Positions 12,381 to 56,439 of a stretch of 64,000 nt of DNA are shown piece after piece (within the stretch, counting starts at the first letter, position 1; each line of letters starts with the position of its first letter). The position numbers and the translations under genes were made by a program. Location: contig CATNEN010000001.1 in the NCBI GenBank assembly GCA_950097015.1, positions 21,700,001-21,764,000 on the forward strand, given 5' to 3'. Under the pieces are notes generated by a model, which worked only from the letters and a program-made list of their open reading frames with translations, was not told the origin of the DNA and searched no databases. Source of the DNA: Macrostomum hystrix. Lineage: Eukaryota > Animalia > Platyhelminthes.

Positions 12381-12939
12381 TTCAGTTTAACTATGCGAGA
12401 ATTTCTTCTGATTTTGGGTAAAATTTTGTGTTTATTTTGCAAGTTTTTTAACTTTGCACGTGAATGTGTTTTTGTCGCATGCATCCCTTTGCGTATTTCT
12501 TTTGTGTAAATCCGCTTGTATTGCAATAAGTTTTCGCTTGAAGCAAGTGTTTCTGTCTTTTATTTTTCGTCGCTTCCGGTGTCAAACGTCAAATATACCC
12601 GAGTAACATGCAGTGAAAGGAAAGTAAAAACAATATTCGCATTTAAAATTTAAATGCTCACGAATTTAGTCATTTCGTGATAACTCATTTCTTATATTCT
12701 AACAAGCTAAGATAAGAAAAGTTAATATAAATAAAATGTACCTTTAAAAAATAAGACAGGAATTAAAGTTCCATTTGTGTCTGGAGTTTCTAAGAAAATT
12801 CTATTAACAGACTGCTAGTATAGACTCTGACTATGACGAGATCGGACAACAAAGGTGAGAATTGAAAAAGGTAAGACATTAGAGATCAGAAAATAAAGAT
12901 GAGACTGGGGAGAGAAGACATTAGAGATCAGACAATAAA

Positions 12940-14340
12940 GGTGAGACTGGGGAGAGATGAGACATGGGAGAGATAAGGCATGGAAGAGATAAGACATGGG
13001 AGAGATGAGACACGGGAGAGATGAGACACGGGAGAGATGAGACATGGGAGAGATGAGACACGGGAGAGATGAGACATGGGAGAGATGAGACACGGGAGAG
13101 ATGAGACACGGGAGAGATGAGACACGGGAGAGATGAGACACGGGAGAGATGAGACATGGGAGAGATGAGACACGGGAGAGATGAGACACGGGAGAGATGA
13201 GACGCAGGAGAAATGATCAGACACGGGAGAGATGAGACACGGGGGAGATAACACATGGGAGAGATGAGACACGGGAGAGATGAGACACGGGAGAGATGAG
13301 ACATGGGAGAGATGAGACATGGGAGAGATGAGACACGGGAGAGATGAGACACGGGAGAGATGAGACACGGGAGAGATGAGACACGGGAGAGATGAGACAT
13401 GGGAGAGATGATCAGACACGGGAGAGATAACACATGGGAGAGATGAGACATGGGAGAGATGAGACACGGGAGAGATGAGACATGGGAGAGATGAGACATA
13501 GGAGAGATGAGACGCAGGAGAGATGAGACATGGGAGAGATGAGACACGGGATAGATGAGACACGGGAGAGATGAGACGCAGGAGAAATGATCAGACACGG
13601 GAGAGATAACACATGGGAGAGATGAGACACGGGAGAGATGAGACATGGGAGAGATGAGACACGGGATAGATGAGACATGGGAGAGATGAGACGCAGGAGA
13701 AATGATCAGACACGGGAGAGATAACACATGGGAGAGATGAGACACGGGAGAGATGAGACACGGGAGAGATGAGACACGGGAGAGATGAGACACGGGAGAG
13801 ATGAGACACGGGAGAGATGAGACACGGGAGAGATGAGACACGGGAGAGATGAGACACGGGAGAGATGAGACACGGGAGAGATAACACATGGGAGAGATGA
13901 GACACGGGAGAGATGAGACATGGGAGAGATGAGACACGGGAGAGATGAGACACGGGAGAGATGAGACACGGGAGAGATGAGACACGGGAGAGATGAGACA
14001 CGGGAGAGATAACACATGGGAGAGATGAGACACGGGAGAGATGAGACATGGGAGAGATGAGACACGGGAGAGATGAGACACGGGAGAGATGAGACACGGG
14101 AGAGATGAGACACGGGAGAGATGAGACATGGGAGAGATGATCAGACACGGGAGAGATAACACATGGGAGAGATGAGACATGGGAGAGATGAGACACGGGA
14201 GAGATGAGACATGGGAGAGATGAGACATAGGAGAGATGAGACGCAGGAGAAATGATCAGACACGGGAGAGATGAGACACGCCAGATATGAGACATGGCAG
14301 AGATGAGACACGAGAGAGATGAGACAGGGTAGATATGAGA
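12940..14340. repeat. 17-bp minisatellite (GGGAGAGATGAGACAC/TG)
   Basis: ~1.4-kb tandem array. Confidence 0.96.
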
Positions 14341-14935
14341 ACCATCTCACTAGCGCAAATGGGTGCATTGTGCATGGTATTCAATGCTGCTGAGATGGGT
14401 TAGAAGCTATTCTCAATTGTAAACACACTCGCTTCAAAACGCGACAAAGCCATCTCAGATCCGGTCGAAACCAGCCAGCCAAAAATGCTAGTCCAACCAT
14501 TGTTAAGTACAAGGACCAGTTGCAGAAAAATCTATTATATTTGCACAAACATCCAGTGTGTACGAATCAATTTACCAGTTTGCAACATATTTAATAGTGC
14601 ATCTAAGCAGTTTAAAGCAGTTTACTGTTGACCATTATAAATAGACTTGACTGGTTTTATTGCAGAACCAATCATAAGCGAGTTATTGACATCGTAGTTC
14701 TTTCTGTTTATGCGCCTGAACAGCAGTATTGGCTTAGACCATTTTTTATATACGCTCGTATAGCCGCTTAGCTCTGATACTGAAAAATTGAGAACATTAA
14801 ACAGCTACAGATCTACAGCTTCATAATCAGTAAGTGTCCAACATTCAGATGCACGTGTTCTAGCTAAATCTTTCAATGTTCTAGCTAAAAAGTGTCAACA
14901 CAGTTTCAACATTACTGTTTAGAAGTCGAATTACA

Positions 14936-15316
14936 ATGCGACTCATCCTGGTGTTCCTGTGCGTGGCCTTGGCGAACTTCCTGACGGCAGCTGGAATTTC
15001 AGACTGCTGCAGAACAAATACTGACTGCTCCAGTGTGCCGCATGACGTAGATATCATTTGCGTGCACGAAGTCACCGAAGTGGAAGCCTGCATTGCTGGC
15101 GTACTGACTGCTAAGCGGTGCAGATGGCGTCGACATTTCTTCGGCAGCTTGAACAATCCAGCCGGTGCGGAAAAATGGTGCTGGATCAAGGGCAACTGTC
15201 ATCACGGTTTTGCCCACAGGCATGACATCCGCAGAAACAACGCCTGGTGCTACACCAGGACCAACCCAGGCTGGGAGGCTGCTCAGAGGTGGTACGATCA
15301 GTCGCCAAACTGCTAG
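14936..15316 (+). CDS. Small secreted cysteine-rich protein (126 aa, signal peptide, 10 Cys in mature part), family unrecognised
   Basis: Hydrophobic N-terminus MRLILVFLCVALANFLTAAG; GC-rich coding-like composition within AT-rich flanks; AATAAA at 15433-15438. Confidence 0.8.
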   Translation: MRLILVFLCVALANFLTAAGISDCCRTNTDCSSVPHDVDIICVHEVTEVEACIAGVLTAKRCRWRRHFFGSLNNPAGAEKWCWIKGNCHHGFAHRHDIRRNNAWCYTRTNPGWEAAQRWYDQSPNC

Positions 15317-16419
15317 TCGGCTGATGAGGATACACTTTGTAAAACAATTCGCTTGTACTTTTATAGCCATAGTCTGTGTACCGATTGCCAATTTGATTTT
15401 ATACATTTTATTAATTAAAAATGCGAGTTTTAAATAAAATATACTGACCTCTTATTTCGACAAATCGTAAAGCATGCTTATATATGCCTATATGAATTGT
15501 CACGCTTCGAAGTACTTAATAATTGACTATAATAATTTATTGTAACAGTGTAAATGTTTCAATTTTTTTGTTGTAAACGTTTTATAAAAAAATAATTATA
15601 TAAATCTAAAAGTTGAAAATGCGCGAAAAAATAACAATTTTGTTTTACTTTTTACCGTTTTAAAAATAATTACTGTATAAAATGCTTTGTTTTAATAACC
15701 ACCGTGTAAATATTATTTTGCTAAAATCCGCCATTTTAACAAATGCGAAATCCTGTGTGTATAAATAGCCGCAACTTTCTGACAGAAAAATAACCTGGTA
15801 GTTAACCTTGAAGTTGTTGTTAAAGCTTGAAAAAACTTTGTGAGTAAACTTGAAAGTCCTTGAAAGTCGTTGAAAGTCATTGTTTGAAAGTGTTTATCCA
15901 AGATATAAAAAAGAGTGCCTTGAAAAGAGGTGTACTGTATTGTGTTATTCATTTTAAGAGAGGAGAACATTGAGGAATATACTCAGAATTATTCTAAGAA
16001 CCATACTAAGAGCCATACTAAGAACTATACTCAGAATTATACTAAGAACCATACTAAGAATTATACTAAGAACCATACTACACAAGAATCAAACTAAGAA
16101 TCATACTCAGATTTATACCAAGAATATTACAAAAGGGAAACTGCTAAACTCTAATCTCGGGTACGCCTAATAATTGACTGGAAACGCATACAGTTGCCTA
16201 CTTACTACCGCTCGTGCAATACATACGCTACCATATTGAGGAGTTAAAACGGCCCATTTAAGGACCGCCAGTCTAAATATCTATTAAATTAAGACAGCAG
16301 CAGTGAGATCCGCCCTAGTACAACGTACTTTGGTGGCATTCGTGGGATATTAAATATTATAGAATAGCCCTGCAACATTATTACAGGTGTTCCAATTTGA
16401 CCAGGTGTGCAGCCGACAG

Positions 16420-16670
16420 CACAGCCGCAGCTATTGTGCGGCGCATCTGAGGGCTGCTTACGGCTGTTCAGTCCATGGACTGGGGGGATGCTGCACACCC
16501 ACCGTCAATTGACCCAGCTAATGCTGGTTAACCCATTTAACAGCTGGGTGAACTGAAGCAATCCAGAGTAATTTAGTGTATTGCTAAAGGACACAAACTC
16601 TTCCAGTGGAGTAGGGAATCGAACCCCCGACCTTCGTGAGTTCGACGCTCTAACCACAAAACCTGCTCCT
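16420..16670 (-). mobile_element. SINE family 2, longer copy
   Basis: Shares gctaaaggac...gtggag...gggaatcgaacc.ccgaccttc...gttcgacgctctaaccac with 32260-32357; left boundary approximate. Confidence 0.6.
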
Positions 16671-18376
16671 ACAACTCTTATAGGCAACAACAAAAACTTA
16701 ATAAAATATAGGCGATTCGCAATATTCAAGCTGCACAATCTTTGTATAGTAAGACTTTTCGGGTCCACTAAAGAACATGAACGTCTCGCAGTAGCACTGG
16801 GAAATGATAATGCCCTAACTTGGGACATTTATGTGACGGATTTTAGCGGATATGACGGACAGAAGGGGCCACCCGCTGCAATAACTTTACGAATACCTAC
16901 AACAACATCGTCTGAGAATTACAGGATAAAGGCGTGATATCCCCTTTCTATGGTATCAGAACCTCATCCTCAGAGCCCCACCCATGCAGGTTAAACAAAA
17001 AAGTTAACGCAACAAGATTCAATTATGAGCTAAGCATGGTATTTGTAAGCTTGATATTTTACATCCGGGTAAAGACACGATAATATTAAATTACAAGGTC
17101 ATTAAATTACATATATATGGTATTGATTTATTTGTCTTGTAAGCATCTGATAATTAGTTGATAAAAATATCGAATGGTAAAGCGACAATGTAAAGCGACA
17201 AGCACTGGGCAATTACACGAAATTTAGCGTCTGGGCAATGCATTATCGATATCATCATGCAGGTGATCGTTTTCACACTCGAAAGTCAATAAATCTACAA
17301 AAGCTGGTTTATTAGAAGTTGTAATTGACATGTGCTTTTATACTTTAGTCTAGAGTAGGGCCAATTGATACCACGATGAAGAACGTTTCTGAAAAACGTA
17401 GTTTGAAATTATAATTCGTGCACGTTATTTTATGCTCTTTCTTTTTTAACATACAAAATGATTCAGACGCCTGAACTAATTTTTTTAAGATATGTTATAA
17501 TTAAAATCAGTTAATTAACTTATGATTTCAATTAGAAATTTTTAATATCATAATTAAGTTAATTTTGATCTGCTTATTTAGTTAATTTGACAAACGCTGT
17601 TTTTTTTCTTTCTTTCTGTAAAAAATGCCACATTTTTGTCAAAAATAAAAATTCCCTCACTTTGAGCAATGAGCATAAGAGGGACAAAATATTCTCTTGC
17701 TGTAGAACTCAATTGAATTACAGCTATAAAGTAATAAAGAATAATTTAGCAAACTACATTGTACAGCAAAAAACTTATAACTTTACTAACCTTAACAACG
17801 GACAAAAACTCATTAAGTAAAGCGAATACATAGCGAAATATTTTTTCTGGAATTTGAATCATAAAATACGGAGTTGTTTAGTATACAAAGAAGGACATCT
17901 GATATTTCAAATATTTTTCTATATGAAATGCTACTTGTCAGTTATATGAACAGTAGTACAGATAGAATAGAATAAAATTAGGCTCTTGATAAGAAGCAAT
18001 AGCTTTGCAGTTATGCTGTTTCAAATAGTCATTTAATTTAAATTTAAGTACAAAGGCAGTCAAGTACAAAGAGTTCGGTATTTTACTTCCTTTGTTTTTA
18101 GTTTTTGATGCTGAACAATTTTATTATCAATTTTTAACTATCGCTTTATCCAGAATTCAATTTTTCCCATTTTTTAGAAATTCGCACATTTTATGTCTTG
18201 CTTTTGTGGATCTGTTTCCGTTGTCTTCCATTCTTGACAAAAAGTACAATTTGAAAAAAGGCTTACTATATCACACAAAAAGCGATTCAAAAATATGACA
18301 AGATGTGTGTGGGCCTTCTGTGATGCAAAATAGGACTTTTTAGACGCCATTTAAAGCTGTTTGTCACTGGCTGTGG

Positions 18377-48733
<30,357 letters not shown>

Positions 48734-49457
48734 TGCTGGTCAAGTTGGCTTAGTAACAACCAGTGTTGCTAAAATATCTTTCATTTCGCAATCACAGGGC
48801 GAATGATAAGTAGTCGGATTGATGTTTTTGGTTGCGGCTGAGGTGTTAGCAAAACTTGCTTTTTGGCTAAAGTGTCTTCAAGCGGTGAATTGCTTATGTA
48901 CGTGCATCGTTAGCTTAACTGTATGTTGCTTCTCTGCCTTCTCTCTTCTCTCCCCCCCTCTGTCTGCCTGTCCCGTGCGGGCCAGTAGCAATGGGAGCCC
49001 CTTGCTTGAAACGTACAGCGTATTCGATGAATAATTCTGCTTGGCACAATGCTTTAGCGAATAGGGGACAGAGATTGGATACTGGTGACATTCTTTGAGC
49101 TAGGTTCAAATCGAATTGTGTTTTAGGCCCTGCTCCTTTGCTGTTGCTTTACGGGCAACGCACAACGGGCAAGCTGCGGTGTTTTTTGACACCTCAGAAA
49201 TAGAAATAATTAATAGACTGCTAATAATAGTATTTTGGCAGGCTTTTTCTGTTCCATTATGCCGACACAGTTCTAATATATGGTCTGTAGCCATATGTGC
49301 GCATCGAATTGCAACTTGCCCACGGGCAATGAAGTCTCACAAGAACAGAAAAGACAGCTCACGACAAAATAAAATGCTCTGCATGAGAATGGGACATATG
49401 TGCCTACTCTGACGATATCCAGTATCCTAATAGAAGTACACTTGACACTTGAAAACA

Positions 49458-49553
49458 ACTAACTAACTAACTAACTGACTAACTAACTGACTAACTGACT
49501 AACTGACTGACTGACTGACTGACTGACTGACTGACTGACTGACTAACTGACTA

Positions 49554-49584
<31 letters not shown>

Positions 49585-49729
49585 AACTGACTAACTGACT
49601 GACTGACTGACTGACTGACTAACTGACTGACTGACTGACTGACTGACTAACTGACTGACTGACTGACTAACTAACTGACTAGCTAACTAACTAACTAACT
49701 GACTAACTAACTAACTAACTGACTGACTA
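49458..49729. repeat. (ACTG/ACTA)n microsatellite
   Basis: Visible. Confidence 0.97.
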
Positions 49730-50309
49730 GAACATATATAAGTTGCAGTACCACTTCAGAAAGCATAGGATGTGGGCTTATTATCAAGAAAACAATTTTT
49801 GACCTCTAGGAACACAGAACTTCGATCCCCGAATCTCTCTCCTAATCCACCAGATCCCTAGATTCCCCCCAAGTGGAAAACGCTTCCAAGAGTGCCTGAA
49901 GTTTAGAAACCTTCACTACCCCCCGCTCGTACCGGTAATCAAAAGCCTATTTCCGCTTCCCTGATTCTGCCATTCAAAAGTACACAAGCACACAGATGCA
50001 CACTAGTCCGATATTAAGCACTGAGCTGGCATAAAAATCCTAAGGACATCAATCTTCAGAGATTCAACGGCAAATGTCGGACCAGACTGTCTTTCAGCAG
50101 TGGCTGTTCACCCACCCAAGGGAGGACTTCATCCGCATGGTCTGGTCAAAATCCTTACCGGAGTTCTTCATCATTCTCTGCTTGGCCCAACTGCGACATT
50201 GTAAATGGATTATCTAGCAGTGATTCACTGCATGCATTTGCATTGGTGCTGTGAGTGCATTTCCTCACAATTTCCCGCTCAGCATTTCAATATCCGTTCA
50301 TCATTCTAC

Positions 50310-50700
50310 TCTCCTTCTGTCCCATCTCCCTACATCTCTCCCTCTCCCTTCGTCTCTCCCCTCTCCCTTTATCTCTCCACTCTCCTTTCGTCTCTCCCCT
50401 CTCCCTTCGTCTCTCCCCTCTCCCTTCGTCTCTCCCCTCTCCCTTCGTCTCTCCCCTCTCCCTTCGTCTCTCCCCTCTCCCTGCATCTCTCCTCCTCTCC
50501 CTTCACCTATCCTCCTCTCCCTGCATCTCTACTCCTCTCCCTGCATCTCTACTCCTCTCCCTGCATCTCTACTCCTCTCCCTGCATCTATCCCTCTCCCA
50601 TTTATCTCTCCTCCTCTCCCTTCATCTCACCCCTCACTTTATCTCTTCCCTCTCTGTTTATCTCTCCCTTCCCCTTCATCTCTCTCCTCTCCCTTTATAT
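50310..50700. repeat. CT-rich ~20-bp repeats / low complexity
   Basis: Visible. Confidence 0.85.
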
Positions 50701-51329
50701 CAACCGTTAAACATAAGCACATCAGCAGTTCACAATTTTGCAACTACAGCCAATAATTGCTAGCTAAACAATTTCTTATCTTTAAAAATATCAAAGACAC
50801 AATCGATATGATTGGACAAACTCCATTGAATAGAAAATCAATAGATGTTAAGTTAAAGGATTTTACCCGCCAGAACTTTTTTCAACGATTTGGATATTAA
50901 AACAAAGCACACAATCAGGGTGAGTTTGAGTGCTCAGCCTCGAGGATGCCTGTCGGCCAGTCACGTCAGGTAGGGGGGTTTGCCGCTCATATTTCAATTT
51001 TTCTTTCTTTGCCAGCCTGAGACCTCAAACCGGATCAAATAACTCTGAGGTGGGTGGGGGGGTTGAGGCGGCGGCCACAGGTGAGCAGATGGCAAACTTT
51101 CTCTTGCAAGAGACCTTTTTCGGGAAAAAAACTGCTCTATACCCGCGTCGTGCTATTTTAGCAAATCCCAATCTATGGCCAGGTGGGGAATCGCCGGCTT
51201 GTAAGATGCGCATTTTGGGGATTAAGGATCAGACGATTTGGGATCTGTTGTGGAGGGGAGGGATTAACGAATTAAATAAAATTGATGGAAAGAAAATTTG
51301 ACCCAAATAGCTTTGGTTTGAATCCCAAA

Positions 51330-51732
51330 TTGACCCTAAATCCCAATCTCTATGACCCTAAATCACAATCTCTATGACCCTAAATCCCAATCTCTATGAC
51401 CCTAACCCCCAATCTCTATGACCCTAAATCACAATCTCTATGACCCTAAATCCCAATCTCTATGACCCTAAATCACAATCTCTATGACCCTAAATCCCAA
51501 TCTCTATGACCCTAAATCCCAATCTCTATGACCCTAACCCCCAATCTCCATGACCCTAAATCCCAATCTCTATGACCCTAACCCCCAATCTCCATGACCC
51601 TAAATCCCAATCTCTATGACCCTAACCCCCAATCTCCATGACCCTAAATCCCAATCTCTATGACCCTAAATCCCAATCTCTATGACCCTAAATCACAATC
51701 TCTATGACCCTAAATCCCAATCTCTATGACCC
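51330..51732. repeat. 22-bp minisatellite (GACCCTAAATCCCAATCTCTAT)
   Basis: Visible. Confidence 0.95.
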
Positions 51733-53094
51733 AGGACCCCAGTTCCAGTGATATATGACTAATATATCACTAATCTATAAGATAATAATCTCCTGTCTTC
51801 ATGATCCTGTTGCCAAGTCCCAAAACGAAAAAATGTTTAATCCAGGATCATAATGAAGAGACAGTAGGATTTCTGAAGACAGCTTTAGACAGTATAGCGT
51901 ACTTTACAGTATAGGCACTGGCATTGAAGTGCATATTCATTGTACTCAGCTGTAGCACAAGGCTAGCTAGACACCAAAAATATTTATCTTTACTAAAAAA
52001 TTTACCTCATCACCGATACTATTTAAAAAATCTAATTTGTCATCCATTGTCAATAGCTACTTCGAGGCACACCAATGGACTTCACTCTAAACAGACTCAA
52101 ATTTTAACATCGAAGGTTTTTAAGGCTGACAAAAACACTTAAGCCAGCTTCTATAATATCGATTTGTTTGACTTGAGAAACTGTACTCATTTCACAGTTC
52201 TCAGGTCTGAGTTCAGCAGAGGCTGCAGTTCAAGTGGAACCGGCGCATTGAGGATAAAAAACTTTTACTTTCTTCCTTCCTTTCACACGAGCGTAAAATT
52301 CACCCCAAAAATATTGTCAAAAAAATTTCAATACGAGAATTGTCAACTAAACTTTTAGGATGAACAAAGACGATGTTTACAAAATTATCGGGAAAAAACG
52401 AAAATTGAATTTCAATTTGTTTAAAATGCACTATTTTCTACTTATAGTAGAAATTTGGAATAAAAATGTAAGCTTCGCTTAAAATTCTTAGACTGAACAT
52501 TTAGTTTATAACTTTTTTCTGGATTAAACTACTTACAGTAAAAATGCAAGAAAATGCAAATCCAAATTTATTTAGGCAAATGTTTTTTTAGAAAAATAAT
52601 ACCTACCTGGCAAACATGCGAACAGAACATTAAGTTCACGATGGCATCCAGCCGACATTGATTGACGAGGAAGTTAGTTTTCAAACCCGGAGCTTTTGGA
52701 AAATATTCGTCTTATCTATCTTCTGGACTTTAGAAAGGCCTCAGCAATGGATTCAAAAGTGGCTTATGTGGCTACAGCAGGTTACTGAATCACCCTCCAG
52801 TACTTCTGTCGACGGAAATCAATCACTGGACACTTTATGAGGGATGAGAGGCGAGGGAAGAGATTGTTTAACCCAGCAGCTAAGCGAAATCCCGTTTGAT
52901 TTATGACGCTCTGCAAGTTGTTCTTATCTGGGATTACTAGGCTTTTATAGCCACTGTTACCAGTAGTATTATTTTATTGTAGTTATTTTCTGTTACTTGA
53001 ATATTCTTAGGTTCTTGTATGCCACTTTGATTCACGAATGAGCAGACAGAGCAGCCTGTTAGGAAGATAAAGACAAAAGGAGATGGGATATTTT

Positions 53095-53595
53095 AGTATG
53101 GGAGAGATGAGGATGGGAGAGATGAGGATGGGAGAGATGAGGAGGGGAGAGATGAGGATGGGAGAGATGAGGATGGGAGAGATGAGGATGGGAGAGATGA
53201 GGATGGGAGAGATGAGGATGGGAGAGATGAGGAGGGGAGAAATGAGGAGGGGAGAGATGAGGAGGGGCGAGATGAGGAGGGGAGAAATGAGGATGGGAGA
53301 GATGAGGATGGGACAGATGAGAATGGGAGAGATGAGGAGGGGAGAAATGAGGAGGGGAGAGATGAGGAGGGGCGAGATGAGGAGGGGAGAAATGAGGAGG
53401 GGAGAGATGAGGAGGGGAGAGATGAGGATGGGAGAGATGAGTATGGGAGAGATGAGGATGGGAGAGATGAGGATGGGAGAGATGAGGATGGGACAGATGA
53501 GAATGGGAGAGATGAGAATGGGAGAGATGAGGAGGGGCGAGAAGAGGAGGGGAGAGATGAGGATAGGAGAAATGAAGATGGGAGTGATTGGGATG
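53095..53595. repeat. 15-bp minisatellite (GGAGAGATGAGGATG)
   Basis: Visible. Confidence 0.95.
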
Positions 53596-54239
53596 TGATT
53601 TTGTGTAGGCGAAAAGGGAAATGGGAGGGAAATTAGATTGCCATTGAAATGGAGCAGGCAATGGAGGCACGAATGAACCTGTCAGGCAGGTGTGAATCAT
53701 TATCCAACTAGAATTAAACGAAAAAACAGAGATCCAAAAAAGCCAAGAAACCCAGCCAGATCGGGGTGTTAAGACGACGGGATGCAGGATCCGAGAGCAG
53801 ACAAAGACAGTAGCGAAGGCAGCAGACTCAACTGCCTAAGTCAGGAAGAGGGGCTGAGTAGTTGAGCTCAGAGTAGCGAACTCAGCGATGCGTGCTAGCC
53901 AGCCAGCCTGCATGGCAGTAAGTTATCTGCTCTGTTGCTTTGCTCACAGCCAGCTCAAAGTTGGACTCGAACCGGCGGCTTGCTACACTGCCACTGCCAA
54001 ACACAGGGGAAACACACACACACACAGAGACCAAGTCTGGGGTAGCTTTAGGGAAGTCAAAAGGAAATTTCTGAAAAGTACATCCGATTGATAACTGCTC
54101 ATCTGACTTGCATGACGAGCTCAACAAACTCTTCGCTATTGTTTGACTCAGCTGACGTGCAAGACATATTGTAAATAAATGAGAGCATTTCATATTCTGT
54201 GTCCTCTAGCTTCCTCACTCATATCTTCTGCCCATTCAT

Positions 54240-54757
54240 ATATCCCCCCTATTCCTTCACTCCCATCTCCCTTCGTTTTCCCCTTTCCTCTTCTCCCTTT
54301 TCTCTCCTCTTCCCTTTCTCCCCTTCACATCTTCCATCTCCCATTATCTCCCATCTCCCTTCATCTCCCATCTCCCATCTCCCTTTATCTCCCGTCTCCC
54401 TTCATCTCCCAAATCCCTTCATCTCCTATCTCCCTTCATCTCCCATCCCCCTTCATCTACCATCCCCTCTCATCTCCCATCTCCCTTCATTTCCCATCCC
54501 CTTAACTCTCATCTCCCTTTATCTCCCATTCCCCTTAATCTTCCATCTCCCTTCATCTCCCATTCCCCTTCATCTCCCATATCCCTTCATCTCCCATCTC
54601 CCTTCATCTCCCATTCCCCTTTATCTCCCATCTCCCTTCATCTCCTATCTCCCATCTTGTATCTCCCTTCATCTCTCATTATCTCCAATCTCCCTTCATC
54701 TCCATTTTCCTTTATCTCCCATCCCTATCTCCCTTAATCTCCCATCTCCCTTCATCT
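54240..54757. repeat. Degenerate CT-rich repeat (CATCTCCCTTCATCTCC)
   Basis: Visible. Confidence 0.85.
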
Positions 54758-55394
54758 GATGGATTAGCAAGTACAGAAAAGTGAAAACTCAAAGCATCCG
54801 ACATAAAAGGTTGTTAAACCTTCGCTCTAATCCCTTTCCTATTTAGCCACTAAAGCCTCGCACGCGATTGAAATGAAAAAAATGAGACGGGCCCTAAAAT
54901 TCTGTTTTCTTTCTAATGGAATCTTTTTTATCAGTGAAGATCGGGATTTCAACCTTGTCGACCCTAATAAAGCAGCGAAGGGCTTTACCTAATTATGAGG
55001 CCGGGCTACATACGAATGCTTTTATCCCCACATAGCAGATCCTCACTCGAGCTCATGCTCGGATCTGGCTAGAATAAGACTGTCGGATAAAATTCCGCGA
55101 CGCATCGCAAAAATCTCCGACTGGGATTCGGGCAGGGGACCCCGGGTCCAAGAAGGCGACCTTTTTACGATCCCATAATTAGAGCTCAGCGTTTGCCCTC
55201 CCGCCTAGCAACTAGGAAACCGGGGATAAGACGCACCCTCAGTATGGGTTTAAGGCCTCGACCTCAATTGGACCCAAGACTGACCCGTTGATCGATAAAT
55301 CAGAATTTTTCTAATTGGAGAAAGTCAATTAATTAGTAGGCGAATATAGGATTCGAAAATGTGGTCCAAATTTATGTGACAATTGTTTTGAGAA

Positions 55395-55822
55395 AAGATA
55401 TTGGGATATTCGCTATTTAGAGATTTGGGACATTGGTAGGAGAGTGAAATAGTTGGGATATTTGGATATTTAGGTTATCAAGATATTGGGATATTTGGGA
55501 TATTGGGATATTTGGATTTTTTGGACATCGGGGATATTAGGGGTATTGGGATATTAGGAATATTGGGAGATTTGGGATACTGGGATAATGGGGATATTTG
55601 GGATATTGGGATATTTGGATTTTTTGGACATCGGGGATATTAGGGGTATTGGGATATTAGGAATATTGGGAGATTTGGGATACTGGGATAATGGGGATAT
55701 TTGGGGTATTTGGGATACTGGGATATTTGGAATATTGGGATATTTCGGTTATTGGGATATTTGGGATAGTGGGATATTTCGGATATTCGGATATTTGGGA
55801 TATTAGGATATTAGGGATATTA
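55395..55822. repeat. Degenerate 9-bp repeat (GGGATATTT)
   Basis: Visible. Confidence 0.85.
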
Positions 55823-56439
55823 GATGAAGAATTGGACAATTGGGCGAAAATTGAAAGTCCTGATCGGACTCTGGCTAAGACAGCTATTGTGGACAGGTTT
55901 GGGAAATTGTGATGAAAAATAGAATCGAAAAACGCTAACAGTAGAAAAAGATAAACCGAATGTTAGAATTTTGCCATTGTTTGCTCCTCAGCGAATTGGG
56001 ATTCCAGCCTGCAATCTGAGTCACCAGACAACCTGACATCCGCTGATCTGCCACGAGCACTTTTACAGTTGCTATGCAATCGATTTTCCCAAAGTCTAGA
56101 AGACTTTCCGTGGCTTAAAAAATTTGTACAATTTGACCAGAATTTCCATATCGAAAATTGAGAATACAATATTTTTTCATTACAAAAATTGCACTGCCGG
56201 ACATGCCTAATAGTTTATTCATGAGGCTTGTGACAAGCCGGGTTTCCATTGGGCCTACCCCCATCATTCAACAGGACTGCAAGAATTTTAACAAAACTGC
56301 AGCATTGACGCTTTGAAAAAGGCATAATTTCATTTTTTCTGCTAAAAATTCAATTATCTTGATTGTTTCGTGTTATCTTGATTGAAAATACAATTTATCC
56401 CAATACCAAATCCTATATTGTTCACATCATTTTATAATA

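Noticed and set aside
12815-14368. Several overlapping long ORFs (SHLSRVSSLPCLISP)
   Set aside because: Stop-free minisatellite open in several frames
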